64,000 nt of DNA from Eledone cirrhosa (taxonomy: Eukaryota). The translations under genes were made by a program, and so were the position numbers. Shown piece by piece: positions 14,396-30,732 of the stretch. Position 1 is the first letter of the stretch; each line of letters begins with the position of its first letter. Location: contig OZ024742.1 of NCBI GenBank assembly GCA_964016885.1, positions 281,728,001 through 281,792,000 on the forward strand, written 5' to 3'. The notes beneath the pieces were generated by a model, which saw only the letters and a list, made by a program, of their open reading frames with translations, had not been told where the DNA came from and ran no database searches.

Positions 14396-15666
14396 TTAGC
14401 CATCGGGCTTTAACACCGGCTTAAAGTGTTTGAAAGTTGCAAAGTTCTTGTGCATGCAGTTCGGGCAGTGTTCAGAGAGTTTGTTCAGTAGCGGGCCCTT
14501 GGCGAATAAAATTTCGTAGCTCTCTGAAAAACAAAGGTCGCAGCCCTTGTGTCCTCCGTTGTAAGAGCGCGCTTTCTGGAGTATTTTCCATTTAAGCGTG
14601 AAGAGGGTGGAGTTCCTTTTGAGGTCCCAAACGTAGGAGGCGAGTGTTGTCTGATTTGATTTATCCGGTCTACTGAAGGAGGGGGTATGGGCATACCAAC
14701 GGGTCTTAAAGTTGTTGGAGGTCATGCCGATGTAAGTTTTTTTACAATCCTCGGTGCCTGAGATGACATCGCATTTGTATACGATATCATTTGTGAGGCA
14801 TTTCTTTTCAAGTGGGCATGCTTCCTTATTTAGGCAATTACATAGAGCCCCAGTCCGGGGATTGGTTTCGGGGGTGGTTGGCTTATTTAATTTTTTAGAA
14901 TTGTGGTTGGCTATATTCCTATCTAGGTTAGGTGTGGTGGAGTAAGACAGTCTTATTGTGTTCTTATTAAAGATGGTGTGGTACCTATGTTGTATGGGGA
15001 AGTGTAATTTCAGTAAAGTGAAGAAAATCCTAGCTATCGGAGTAGATACCTCTCTATTGAAGGGAGGGTTGTACCAGCTAATCTGCCTATGTCTATTCCT
15101 CCTCTGCAATCTTGCGGTGGTTTCTAGGTAAGTTATCTTATCTTTAAATCCGCTACGGGCGAGGGCGTCATTGTAGTAGGAGGCAGATGCATTAAAAATA
15201 TCTTTGTTGGCGGAGAGGCCAGATATTCTAATAGAGACGCTTTTTACTAGGTTATCAGTGATGTTTTGGGGGTGGTTTGAATTAACATTAATATATTTAA
15301 GGGACTCGTTAGATTTGTGGTACGGGTAATAGAGGGAAGTATCTAGGTCGAGAGTGACATCTAAGAAGTTGGCCCTAGTCAAATTAGAATCTATAGTTAT
15401 ACTAAATCCTAGGTTAGAGAAGAAAGAGCTTAAGTTTTTCCGAAACCCATCGGTGGTTCTGGGGTTAACCTTATGCAGGGCGAAGAGGCCGTCGTCTCGG
15501 TATAAACCTCCCGTTAGGCCGGTAAAGAGGTTCTTCAGGTTATGTAGGATGTACAGGCCCACAAGGTCGCTTATTTCAGCCGAGTCACTCGCCCCCATGC
15601 TAACGTCAAATGGGTTCTGAGATTTCTTGTTGATCCAGTAAGATCCATCGTGGTATAGAAAGGTCT
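14396..15666 (-). pseudogene. 5'-truncated PLE RT (YRDD) + GIY-YIG ORF, open to the stop
   Basis: 400-aa ORF: FDVSMGASDSAEISDLVGLY, GGLYRDDG, NFLDVTLDL, CPLEKKCL, YIGMT. Confidence 0.92.
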
Positions 15667-15688
15667 TATTTTTTATTTTTTGATACCC

Positions 15689-15739
15689 AGATTCCTGATG
15701 ATTTCTAAAGAATGAAACAGTTCTAGTCCTGTAGAATCT
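15689..15739 (+). ncRNA. Type I HHR, family C pLTR
   Basis: AGAUUC CUGAUGA U UUC-UAAA-GAA U GAA ACAG-UUCUAGUC-CUGU A^GAAUCU. Stem I covaries (GCUUC/GAAGC) in the 25883 copy. Confidence 0.82.
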
Positions 15740-15869
15740 CTTCTATATTAAAACTTTTATACTCTGCTATGTATTGAGTACCTTACTAACTGTGGTTACC
15801 TCCGATTCAACCCGGAATAACGTACATTTTAGCACTCTCTGTGCCCCTTATAACCATCATCAAGAAACC

Positions 15870-17421
15870 ATGCTGACCAAACTCGACCTTGATATTTCCT
15901 TGAAGAACATCCCTATCCCTCCAAGGAAACTATACTTAAAAACACTCATCAGACGTACCGACGAGTTCATCAAGCGAATTAGATGGAGGGCCTTCTTCCT
16001 CGACAACCCTGATGTAGCATCTACCAATGATGAGAAGTTCGGCTTCAAAACGAATAAGACACCACCCACCAACAGCCTACTCCAACCATTTGAAGAAGAC
16101 CTCTTCAAGATGATCAAGGATATTAAATTCCGTAGAGCCACCACACCATTCCAGGCCTACTTAAATGCCGAATTACGGAATATAAAAAAATCCCCTAATC
16201 TTTATGTCTCCTCCGATAAAACCAAATACGTTTATGAGGTAGACCCACAGACCTACAATAAGCTGGCAAAAAATATCATCACGACCACCTACAAAAAGGT
16301 AATAGAGAGGGCACTGACTGAGACAAACGCGGCCGGAAAAGAAATCGCCAAGTCCCTTAAATTACACGACCGAACCGAACCTTTAAGGGTAAAGACCCCG
16401 CACTTTACCCTGAAGGACCATAAGGGAAATTTCCTCAACAAACCATCAGTCAGACTTATCAAACCCACTCGTTCTGACATCGGCTCTATCAGTAAGAAGA
16501 TCCTGGATAGAGTTCTACCATCATTGCGGGCAGCCTCACCACTTCCACTCTGGAGCAGAACATCTGAGGCAATATCATGGTTCCAAAAATTACCCGATAA
16601 ACACCACACTCGCTTCCTGCAACTCGACATAGAAAACTACTATGCCTCTATCTCGGAGACCCTCCTGAAGGACGCAATTAACTTTGCCAGGAATTTTACC
16701 ACCATTACCGATGCTGAGCAAGTTGTTATCCTCCACGCTCGTAAGACCTTTCTATACCACGATGGATCTTACTACTCCGATAGCTAGGATTTTCTTCACT
16801 TTACTGAATTTACACTTCCCCATACAACATAGGTACCACACCATCTTTAATAAGAACACAATAAGACTGTCTTACTCCACCACACCTAACCTAGCTAGGA
16901 ATAAAGCCAACCACAATTCTAAAAAATTAAATAAGCCAACCACCTCCGGAACCAATCCCCGGACTGGCGCTCTATGTAATTGACTAAATAAGGAAGCATG
17001 CCCACTTGAAAACAAATGCCTCACAAATGATATCGTATACAAATGCGATGTCATCTCAGGCACCGAGGATTGCAAAAAAACTTACATCGGCATGACCTCC
17101 AACAACTTTAAGACCCGTTGGTATGCCCATACCCACTCCTTCAGTAGACCGGATAAATCAAATCAGACAACACTCGCCTCCTACGTTTGGGACCTCAAAA
17201 GGAACTCCACCCCCTTCACGCTTAAATGGAAAATACTCCAGAAAGCGCGCTCTTACAACGGAAGACACAAGGGCTGCGAACTTTGTATTTCAGAGAGCTA
17301 CGATTTTTTATTCGCCAAGGGCCCGCTACTGAACAAACTCTCTGAACACTGCCCGAACTGCATGCACAAGAACTTTGCAACTTTCAAACACTTTAAGCCG
17401 GTGTTAAAGCCCGATGGCTAA
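15870..17421 (+). pseudogene. PLE ORF with a ~593-bp deletion that removes the RT catalytic core
   Basis: N-terminal SLKNIPIP..RIRWRAFF, SDKT and QLDIENYY motifs. The junction at 16773/16774 jumps to the linker. A further TGA lies at 16981. Confidence 0.9.
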
Positions 17422-17594
17422 AATAGACCTCCCCCTATTGGCCCCTATACCTCCTCCCAACCCTACCCCCACCCCTCCTCAACCTGAAATACGGCCACTA
17501 TGGTTATGTGAGTACCTCTTTCGTATCTACATTTTCTGCCTGTAGAGGTGTTTTTATGTGCCTGCGTATATGCGTATATTTATTGAGTAATTAT

Positions 17595-19530
<1,936 letters not shown>

Positions 19531-19997
19531 TGAATGTGTCTGTTGATTTTTGGCATATAGTTGATTAGTTTAAGAGAAGTTCGAAGATAATTGTAAGATA
19601 TGCACTCAGTATTTTGAATCTGTCTACAGAATTCTCTAGACCTTTGTCACTTAGTAGAACCTTAATGATTTTAGCTTTTAAAGAATCTCCCTTCTCTTTA
19701 ATTTTTTCGACCATGACTGACCCCCCACTGATCTTATAGACATCTGTTAGCTTAAGAGAAACTTAATGACAAGGAATGGTATGCCATCCGGAACCTGTTT
19801 ATAGAATTCTGTCTGCCCTTGTTACTCTAAAAACATAAATAAATAAAAATAAAAATAAACTATAGCTTTGTAGAATTAGCTTTTAATGAATTCCCTTTTC
19901 TATCAACCAATGACCTACACCCATCCCACTCCCCACCCTCTCCTACCACTTGTAGAGACCTATAAATACCATTTTTATTTTTTATTTTTTGATACCC

Positions 19998-20048
19998 AGA
20001 TTCCTGATGATTTCTAAAGAATGAAACAGTTCTAGTCCTGTAGAATCT
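19998..20048 (+). ncRNA. Type I HHR, family C 3' pLTR
   Basis: Identical to 15689-15739. Confidence 0.82.
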
Positions 20049-20060
20049 CTTCTATATTAA

Positions 20061-20144
<84 letters not shown>

Positions 20145-20179
20145 ATATGTATAGGTATATATATATATATATATATATA

Positions 20180-20362
20180 CTCTATTGATTTTTCGCTGGA
20201 TTTCACTAAATTATGTTGGATAAGTCTATATCCTGATTCATTTTGAATCGAGTTTGAATTATTTTTCCCACATCTTACCTTAACTATTTTCCCATTTTGA
20301 CGCTATAGTCACATATATATTATGGAATACTGTTGGCTTCTTGCTACAATACTTTCTATACC

Positions 20363-20367
<5 letters not shown>
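20180..20367. repeat. TA-flanked dispersed repeat, inverted homolog at 42713-42897
   Basis: Shared ...CCCATTTTGACGCTATAGTCACATAT...ATGGAATACTGTT... Confidence 0.75.
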
Positions 20368-20457
<90 letters not shown>

Positions 20458-21559
20458 AATAGGAAAATAACTTGAAAGGAAGGCATTTTCGGTTCAATAT
20501 TTACTTCAATAGTACAGTATAAAAACTGAAGATTTAACCATTTGCAGACTAGTGATCACGCAACAATTGGAAAGCCAACGGAGGCTTTGTTGTCACTATT
20601 TAATTTAATTCATATTACTACGTTTTTAGTGAAACTTTTGTTCTCAAACAGATTCGCTGTGTTGTACGTATTTTTCGTTGCGCGGATCAAATTCGTTGTT
20701 TTTTTTTTTTGTATCGAAGTGTCATGTCGAGTTGCCTGCGAGATAAGACACGAGAATGCAAGTATATTCCAACATGAACCAATTACTGGCTTTGCCATTT
20801 CTTAATGGTTATTGCAAATGCCGAAATAATAGGAAAATTGACGGCTGTTTGAAGTGAAAATAAGATAAAATTACTATCACTGGGTGTCACATTTAATCTT
20901 AGGATGGATACGTCGCCTCGTTTCTTAGTATCAGTATTTGGCCATGATGGTAGAGATCACGAAGAAGTTGTATCAAAACATGTAGTCGAATTACTAAACC
21001 TATTCTCAGATCAAAGCTGCGTAATATCATATAGATCACACCAAGATTTAATTTCAAATCCTGTGAACAAGTGAAGGATTTCCAGAGTCAAAATGTTTAA
21101 AGTGGGTGCTTACCTAGTACTTAGTTACTTTTGTACAATCATCCAATTCTGTGCCTAATCGGCTACCTCTTCTCTTTTTAAAGTAAAGTTCCATTGTGTT
21201 CTCCCTCACTCTCCCTCTATCACTCTTCTCCCTCCCTCTTCTCTCCTCTCTTTCTCTCTTTATATATATATATATATACACACACTGTAGTAAAAGTTGG
21301 GTAGAAATATCGAGGGGTAAGAGCACCCAGTCCATAGGATGAGTTTAATATAATAATTACAACTGTAACATAAGCAGCTACTTAAATTTCGTTGGGTTCT
21401 GGACCCCCACTCATTCAGCCTGTCATAGGAAAAAGTAAAAATAAAGTTCCTGTTTATGTCACTGTTGTAATTATATATATATAAATGTGTTCTGTTATTA
21501 TTTCTGGCAATAGTATTACAACAATATGACCCTCCAAAAGTATAACTATATATATATAT

Positions 21560-22477
<918 letters not shown>

Positions 22478-22703
22478 CATATATACATTGGTGAATATGT
22501 AGTCTATTGCTTCTAAATTTGAAGACAAATTTTTGGTCATGACGATAATTTGAACTCGCATCGAAGCAATTTGATTTTAATTCGAATTTAATACCACGTG
22601 ATACGTAATAACTCGTAGCTGATGACAACGGCGACAGCAGAAAAGTTATTTTCGGAGACACTTGGACAGACACACACACACACAATTTGAATGCATTATT
22701 TTG

Positions 22704-23650
22704 GGCGGTGGATTGGCAGTATCGGTAGAGGGTTTGACGCCATGCTTTAAAGCATAGTTACGTCCCTTTACGATCTGAGTTCAAATCCCGCCGAGGTTGA
22801 CTTTGCCTTTCATCCTTACGGGTTCGATAAAATAAAGTACCAGTAATGCACTGGGTAATTGCTGGCCTTGTGCCTAAAGTAGAAACAATTATTTTGGCAG
22901 TATCGATAGAGGGTCGGACGCATAGAGTTACGGCCCTTGCCATTCTGAGTTCAAATCCCGCCGAGGTTAACTTTGCCTTTCATCCTTACGGGGTCGATAA
23001 AATAAAGTACCAGAAATGCACTGGGTAATTGCTGGCCTTGTGCCAAAAGTAGAAACAATTATTATAGAATAATATATAAGGCGGTAGATTTGCACAATTA
23101 TAGAATTATTAGGGCGTTGGATAAAATGGCTTGCGGCCTTTAGTTACGACACTTTATGTTCTGTGTTCAAATCCACCAAGGTCAAGTTTGCCTCTAGACT
23201 TTTCGCGATTGATAATATGAAGTAACCTCAGTGTACTGGAGTCGTTCTAATCGACTTTCACTCCCCACAAATTAATGGTTAGAAACATTATTATAGAAAG
23301 GGGCGGTGGATTGGCAGTATCGGTAGAGGGTCGGACACCATGCTTTGACGCATAGAGTTACGGTCCTTGCCATTCTGAGTTTAAATCCCGTCGAGGTTAA
23401 CTTTGCCTTTCAGTCTTACGTGGCCGATAAAATAAAGTACCAGTAATGCACTGAGATAATTGCTGGCCTTGTGCCAAAAGTAGAAACAATTAATATAGAA
23501 TATATAAAGACAATAGACAGGTAGTATCGATAAAGCGTCGGAGAAAGTGCTTTGCAATATTCCTGCAGAGGAAAACTTTGTCTTTTATCGTTCTGAGAAC
23601 TATAAAATAAAGCATCAAATTGCTGGCCTTGTGCTGACATTAAAAAGAAT
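22704..23650 (+). mobile_element. Tandem cluster of 4-5 family S1 SINEs
   Basis: Copies at ~22704-22892, 22895-23063, 23080-23292 (diverged), 23302-23491 and a partial copy at 23515-23650. Confidence 0.85.
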
Positions 23651-23725
23651 TATCATATGGTATATATAATATACATATATATATACACTCACACAAACAC
23701 ACGCGCACACATACATACATGTATA

Positions 23726-23821
<96 letters not shown>

Positions 23822-23930
23822 TAGTATATATATATATATATACATATACATACACATGGATGTATGTGTATATATATATATATATACATATACATATACA
23901 TCGATGTATGTGTGCGCGTGTGTTTGTGCG

Positions 23931-24021
<91 letters not shown>

Positions 24022-24022
<1 letters not shown>

Positions 24023-24506
24023 AGTGTATTGAAGTTCGCTTGAAGCATTGTGGAATAATGAGGTAAATTTCTTTAAGTCGTTTGGAAGCCTCGACAATGC
24101 AAATGGGTAAATCTCCGGGTAACAAGCTCCGGTGGTGGAGAGAGAGATGTAAGTGGGTGTTCGTTGAGATGCGTGGCGTGTATAAGACGTGTAGAGGAAT
24201 GAAGGAAAGACAGACAACCTTTCCGACAGACAACCGTTCCCCCACCCCGTAAAAAAAACCCAGTTGATGGATGTAAATCCGAAATATATAGGGACAATTA
24301 AATCTCTCCCAAGGTAACTCTCTCTCGTGTTGTTATTTTATTTTATCCTTTATGCTCTTTCCTTCATTCCTCTACACGTCTTATACACGCCACGCATCTC
24401 AACGTACACCCACTTACATCTCTCTCTCCACCACCGGAGGTTGTTACCCGGAGATTTACCCATTTGCATTATCGAGGCTTCCAAACGACTTAAAGAAATT
24501 TACCAT
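24022..24506. repeat. Foldback element with ~150-bp inverted arms between TA tracts
   Basis: 24061-24210 is the reverse complement of 24356-24504. Confidence 0.85.
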
Positions 24507-24527
24507 ATATATATATATATATATATA

Positions 24528-25165
24528 TATGTGAAAAAATGGGGAGAAGAATACTGCAGGTTGCACATGGATAACATGTTATAAAATGAGTCCCTCATCA
24601 GTGATTTGCCAACGATCATAGATATTTCATTGCATTAAAAATCATATACCTCACGTTGGTGCAATAATAACTAAATTAAGTTATTAGGACAATTAAAACG
24701 CGTAAAGCGAGTGAGACAAGTAAAAAACAAAGAGGAAAGCTAACCGTAGATAGGAAGGGAACAAGCTACATAGTTATTCTCTTAGCATAAGCTAGGTGAA
24801 TATATGAGCGCTTAGAAAAAAGACCTTTCGAGATGAATCCAAATGTAAGAAAGAAGGAAAATGTATTCGTCGCGAACGGGGTGAAGTGAGAAGGGGAGAA
24901 ACAGTGAGTGAGTGAGTGGAAGTGTGAGGAAGAGTTAACTGACATGACAGAGGGGCGAAAGAAAGTAGGAGAAACAGAGAGAACGAGGGAGCAGTAAGAG
25001 AGAGAGAAAAACAGAATCGCAGTTTAGGTAAATATATGTGAAAAAATGGGGAGAAGAATACTGCAGGTTGCACATGGATAACATGTTATAAAATGAGTCC
25101 CTCATCAGTGATTTGCCAACGATCATAGATATTTCATTGCATTAAAAATCATTATACCTCACGTT
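24528..25165. mobile_element. Non-coding element with ~130-bp terminal direct repeats (period ~507 bp), pLTR/retrozyme-like
   Basis: 24531-24657 is repeated at 25038-25165; inverted homolog at 50113-50330; TA flanks. Confidence 0.65.
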
Positions 25166-25215
25166 ATATATATCACAAAAACAGAGAGTCAGTGTTACGT
25201 CGAATGGAATTTATT

Positions 25216-25313
25216 AGACATATTACAATCGTTTCTCTGGCTACCAGCTCGTGGCCCGATCGATGTGATGATCGAACCTGACTCTGAAAATCCCAAAGTC
25301 CTCAGCTATGTCT
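25216..25313 (-). ncRNA. Type I HHR with a long loop II insert
   Basis: Minus reads AGACAUAG CUGAGGA C UUUGG-[~52 nt]-CCAGA GAAAC GAUU GUA^AUAUGUCU. Confidence 0.65.
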
Positions 25314-25383
25314 TGATTCTACGAAGCAGATTTTCCTAATGTCCTTTTATATCGATATACTTCGCCTGTCGGCTTAGATCCTG

Positions 25384-25550
<167 letters not shown>

Positions 25551-25752
25551 CCATTTGTGGTTGACGTCTTAGAGAAAATAGAACTCAATACTGAAGTAGA
25601 GTTTTAATATTCATTTACTAAGGCTAAATAGTGAGTCATATGTTACTCTGGTGTTCCGCCTGTTTATCAAATGTCATGCGATTTAACAGGGGTATCTCCA
25701 GAGTACAAGTCTCACAATTTAGCTTCAAGAAATAAATATATATATATATATA

Positions 25753-25946
25753 TAAGTTTATCTCGGGTTCAATCGGGGTTAACCACAGTAAGTAAGGTAC
25801 TCAATACAACGCAGAGTATAAGTATTTAATGTAGAAAGGCTTATACAGGACTAGAAGTGTTTCATTCCGGAGAAATCATCAAGCTTCCTGATGATTTCTC
25901 CGGAATGAAACAGTTCTAGTCCCGTAGAAGCCTTTCTACATTAAAT
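25753..25946. mobile_element. Solo fold-back of family C-like pLTR, with HHR at 25883-25931 (+)
   Basis: A minus pLTR piece flips at an AAGCTT site into GCUUC CUGAUGA UUUC UCCG GAAU GAAAC...GUA^GAAGC. Another fragment lies at ~26045-26160. Confidence 0.8.
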
Positions 25947-25970
25947 ATACACACACACACACACACTCAT

Positions 25971-26014
<44 letters not shown>

Positions 26015-26628
26015 TTATTTATAATTGCCTCAATGCATACATATCGAATGAAACAGTTCTAGTCCCATAGAAGTCATGTTCATATAAAATAATATTTCTA
26101 AACTCCACCAACGTATTGAGTACCTTCATTAACCGTGGTCATACCCGATCCCCTTCGAGGTACAAAATTCATTCATCCCAGTTTCGATCCCTCGCCCAAC
26201 TGAAGATCTACCATTCGTAACTAAATGACTCCCATTTCAGGATCGCTGTTCCAGAAAAAATTGACTTAGCAAAATATACAATGCTGACATTTGAAACGAT
26301 TCTAAACCGCTACTTCAAAAACATTCTTTTTTTAAAGTAGAAAAAATTCTATAAAGTCATGTACATATTTTAGAAATCTTTCGTTTCTATGAAAAAACCC
26401 TATGTGAAGTTTTACAGTATAACAAACAAATTCTGGAAAAAAATATCCCTTTTATATTAAATTTTTTCATTAGATTTAATTAACATACTATTCAAAAGTA
26501 TATCATTCTATTAGAGTTAGAAAACATTTATATTCTTTATAGACACACATACATATATTCATGTATACATGTATAGACATACATGTATACGCTTGCAATC
26601 TCTCTCTCTTTCTCTCTCCCTCTATCTA

Positions 26629-26711
<83 letters not shown>

Positions 26712-27056
26712 AAGAGAGAGAGACGTGGAAGCATACATACATACTTAAAAACATACTTTCATACATACATACATACCTACATACATACAAACATGCATGC
26801 TGAATATATACATACATACACACATACATACATATATACATACATGCATACGTACATACATACATATATATATATATATGTATCCATGTGTCTTTCAGCT
26901 AGTCTCTCTCTCCCTCTCTCTATCATTTACTATATTTCTAACTTCATATTAGCTAGGTAGGTTTAATTTCCGTATGGGGTGTTTTATAATGCATCGTTAA
27001 TTGGATACACAAATCCATATATATCCGTGCATGAGCGTGCCCACGTCTATGTGTGC

Positions 27057-27125
<69 letters not shown>

Positions 27126-27456
27126 TGTGTATGTGTGTGTGTGTGTGTGCGTGTGTGCGTGTGTGTAGGAGAGACATAAGTTTCGTGTGGTGCAGTGTAA
27201 CTAGAATGATTATACACTCACCATACAAATTGCTCTTACCACAAATACCTCTCCTACACACACACACAGACACACACACACATGCACACTTATATATATA
27301 TATAATATATAAGATCAAAAGATGGTTTAAAGAGTTCCATGTATTTTAACCATCTTTTGATCTTATATAATATTTATACTCCAGTCCTACAAACTGTAGA
27401 GTGCTACTTATCCGATATCTGCATTGCTTTATTGTACTAAAATAAAACTCACCTCC

Positions 27457-27525
<69 letters not shown>

Positions 27526-27583
27526 TAGATGTATATATATATGTATAGATATGGATGTGTTCGTGTGTATCTATATAAATACT

Positions 27584-28216
<633 letters not shown>

Positions 28217-28275
28217 CATTTAAGTAAGTGCCGTACTAAGAGTGAGAAATGAAATTTCGTTTCATCCTATTTCAA

Positions 28276-28380
<105 letters not shown>

Positions 28381-28388
28381 GTACATAT

Positions 28389-28654
28389 AGTTTTAATATA
28401 GAAGAGCATCTACAGGACTAGAACTGTTTCATTCGTGAGAAATCATCAGGAAGCTGGCTGTCCAAGTAAATGGTAGTATTTATGTATTTCCTTATCTGGT
28501 GGTAGGAGAGGGTGGGGATTGGGATGGGTGTAGGTCATTGGTTGAAGGAAACAGCTCTAGTCCTGTAGAAGCTCTTCTATATTAAAACTTTTATACACTG
28601 CTATGTATCGAGTCCCTTACTTACTGTGGTTACCTCCGATTCAACCCGGAATAA

Positions 28655-28657
<3 letters not shown>
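28389..28657. mobile_element. Solo inverted pair of family C-like pLTR fragments, with HHR at ~28406-28455 (-)
   Basis: 28389-28545 matches 11773-11935; 28548-28657 matches 15714-15821. Confidence 0.8.
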
Positions 28658-28717
<60 letters not shown>

Positions 28718-28721
<4 letters not shown>

Positions 28722-29446
28722 AAAAAGATGAAATCGAAATGCAACTGGAGTCTTATTTTAAAAAATATATATATATTTATTTGGTTCCTTTACCGGTTTC
28801 GCAGTTCTTCTGCTTTTCAAAAATAGAGTTGAGATGGAGGGTCTGTGGTTTTTTTCTCACATCTGGTTGATCTTTGAATGTTACTTGTTTTATATGGAAA
28901 AAAGTGGCTCGAAACGCCAGGTTTTTAGAGAAGTAATTTGATTGGTTGGTCAATAACAGTAAGAAAAAAAATAATAAAAAAAGCCTTCGTGAGACCCCTT
29001 TTTTAAGTAAAAAGTAATTAAAACACTCATATATGAAAAAACAACCTGAGCCCAGCCCCTTCTTTGAAGAACTTTGTAACGCGAACTGGCGCGAAATTTA
29101 TTATTCTTATTGACCAAATGCGGGCGCCAAATTTATTTTACTCTTATTGACCAACCAATCAAATTACTTCTCTAAAAACCTGGCGTTTCGAGCCACTTTT
29201 TTCCATTTAAAACAAGTAACATTCAAAGAACAACCAGATGTGTGAAAAACCACAAACTCTCCATCTCAACTCTACTTTTGAAAAGCAGAAGAACTGCGAA
29301 ACCGGTAAAGGAACCAAATAAATATATATATTTCTTTTTAAATAAGACTCCTGTTGCATTTTCAATTTCATCTTTTTTTCTTTATACTTTCACTCGTGTA
29401 TGACACCTCGGTTATTTTTCATTTTGTAAAAAACCTCACTTTCTAA
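28718..29446. mobile_element. Foldback non-coding element, copy 2 (opposite orientation to 21560-22377)
   Basis: Arms ~28718-28955 and ~29145-29382; spacer motifs are inverted relative to copy 1. Confidence 0.8.
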
Positions 29447-29487
29447 TATATGTATATATATATATATATATGTAAGTATGTTTTGGG

Positions 29488-29559
29488 TGATGTGTTGGTA
29501 TAATGGTAGCACAGTGGTCTGGATAACCAAAGATGTGGGTTCGACTCCCATGTACGTCA
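29488..29559 (+). pseudogene. tRNA-like sequence (pseudo-tRNA or SINE head)
   Basis: A box TGGTATAATGGT, T arm GTGGG-TTCGACT-CCCAT, acceptor-like TGATGTG/TACGTCA, anticodon-like arm TGGT-CTGGATA-ACCA. Confidence 0.55.
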
Positions 29560-30303
29560 ATACTCATCTTTTTCCATTTATCTGAGGGTTCTAAACCCCA
29601 TTATCAGGCTAAAATTTCTTTAGTCAAAAATATGGTGAAAGCTATTCTACTTTCTAATATATATATATATATATATATAATGAGTTGACGGACCCAGCAT
29701 ATTTATCAATTATATATATATACAGAAATATAAATGTATTTGTATATATTTATATATAAGTATATATTTATATATGTATGTATGTATGTATATATATATA
29801 TATTTATATATATATATATACATACATATATATATAAATATGTGTATATACATGTGTACACACACATTCGCACACAAACACACGCACACACAAACACAGA
29901 CGCACGCATACATAAATGCATATATATATATATATGTATGAATGTGTATGTATGTATGTGTGTATGCGTGTGTGTGTGTGTGTGTATTCCTTTCAATTTT
30001 ACTCTCTTATCCTCCGTCATTTTTGTACATTATTCCGTACATTACATTCTTTCATATATTCTGGCATATACCCGTGTGTGTGGGTGGGTGTATGTGTGTG
30101 TGTGTGTGGTTGCGCGCGTGTGCGGGGTGGGGTGGGGGTGCGTGTGTGTGTGTTTATGCGTAACACTAATTAAAGTTTGTTGAAAGTCAATGAATTTTTG
30201 CGGAATGATTTGATGAATCGGTCCGTTAATCAGTTGTTAATTAAGAATCTCTTCTGAAGACGACACAACACACACGCACACACACAACACACACATATGT
30301 ATG

Positions 30304-30353
<50 letters not shown>

Positions 30354-30488
30354 TATATATATGTACATATATATATATATACACTGACACACTCACACAC
30401 AAACACACACACACGCATGTGTATATATATATATATATATATATTCTCGCACACAAATATATAAAGATACATACACATACACTCACAC

Positions 30489-30551
<63 letters not shown>

Positions 30552-30579
30552 TATATATAGTCACACACAACCAGTCACT

Positions 30580-30623
<44 letters not shown>

Positions 30624-30669
30624 CTCGCGCACACAAAAATAAAGATATATACACACACGCATGCGCGCA

Positions 30670-30732
<63 letters not shown>

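Larger units (their letters stand above)
11705..15668 (-). mobile_element. PLE family C, inverted 5'-truncated arm (RT C-half, GIY-YIG, microsatellite 3' UTR, pLTR)
   Basis: ORF 15598-14396 has YRDD, WYNPPF and IVYKC..KTYIG. Reverse complement of the 16742-20063 region. Confidence 0.93.

Noticed and set aside
24590-24635. Type II HHR reading on the minus strand (GAAA..UA UGAU..AUCA CUGAUGA)
   Set aside because: No stem II, and the UH site is not conserved in the 50230 homolog
27305-27372. AT-rich hairpin with ~25-bp arms
   Set aside because: It is real, but there is no second copy or functional motif to interpret
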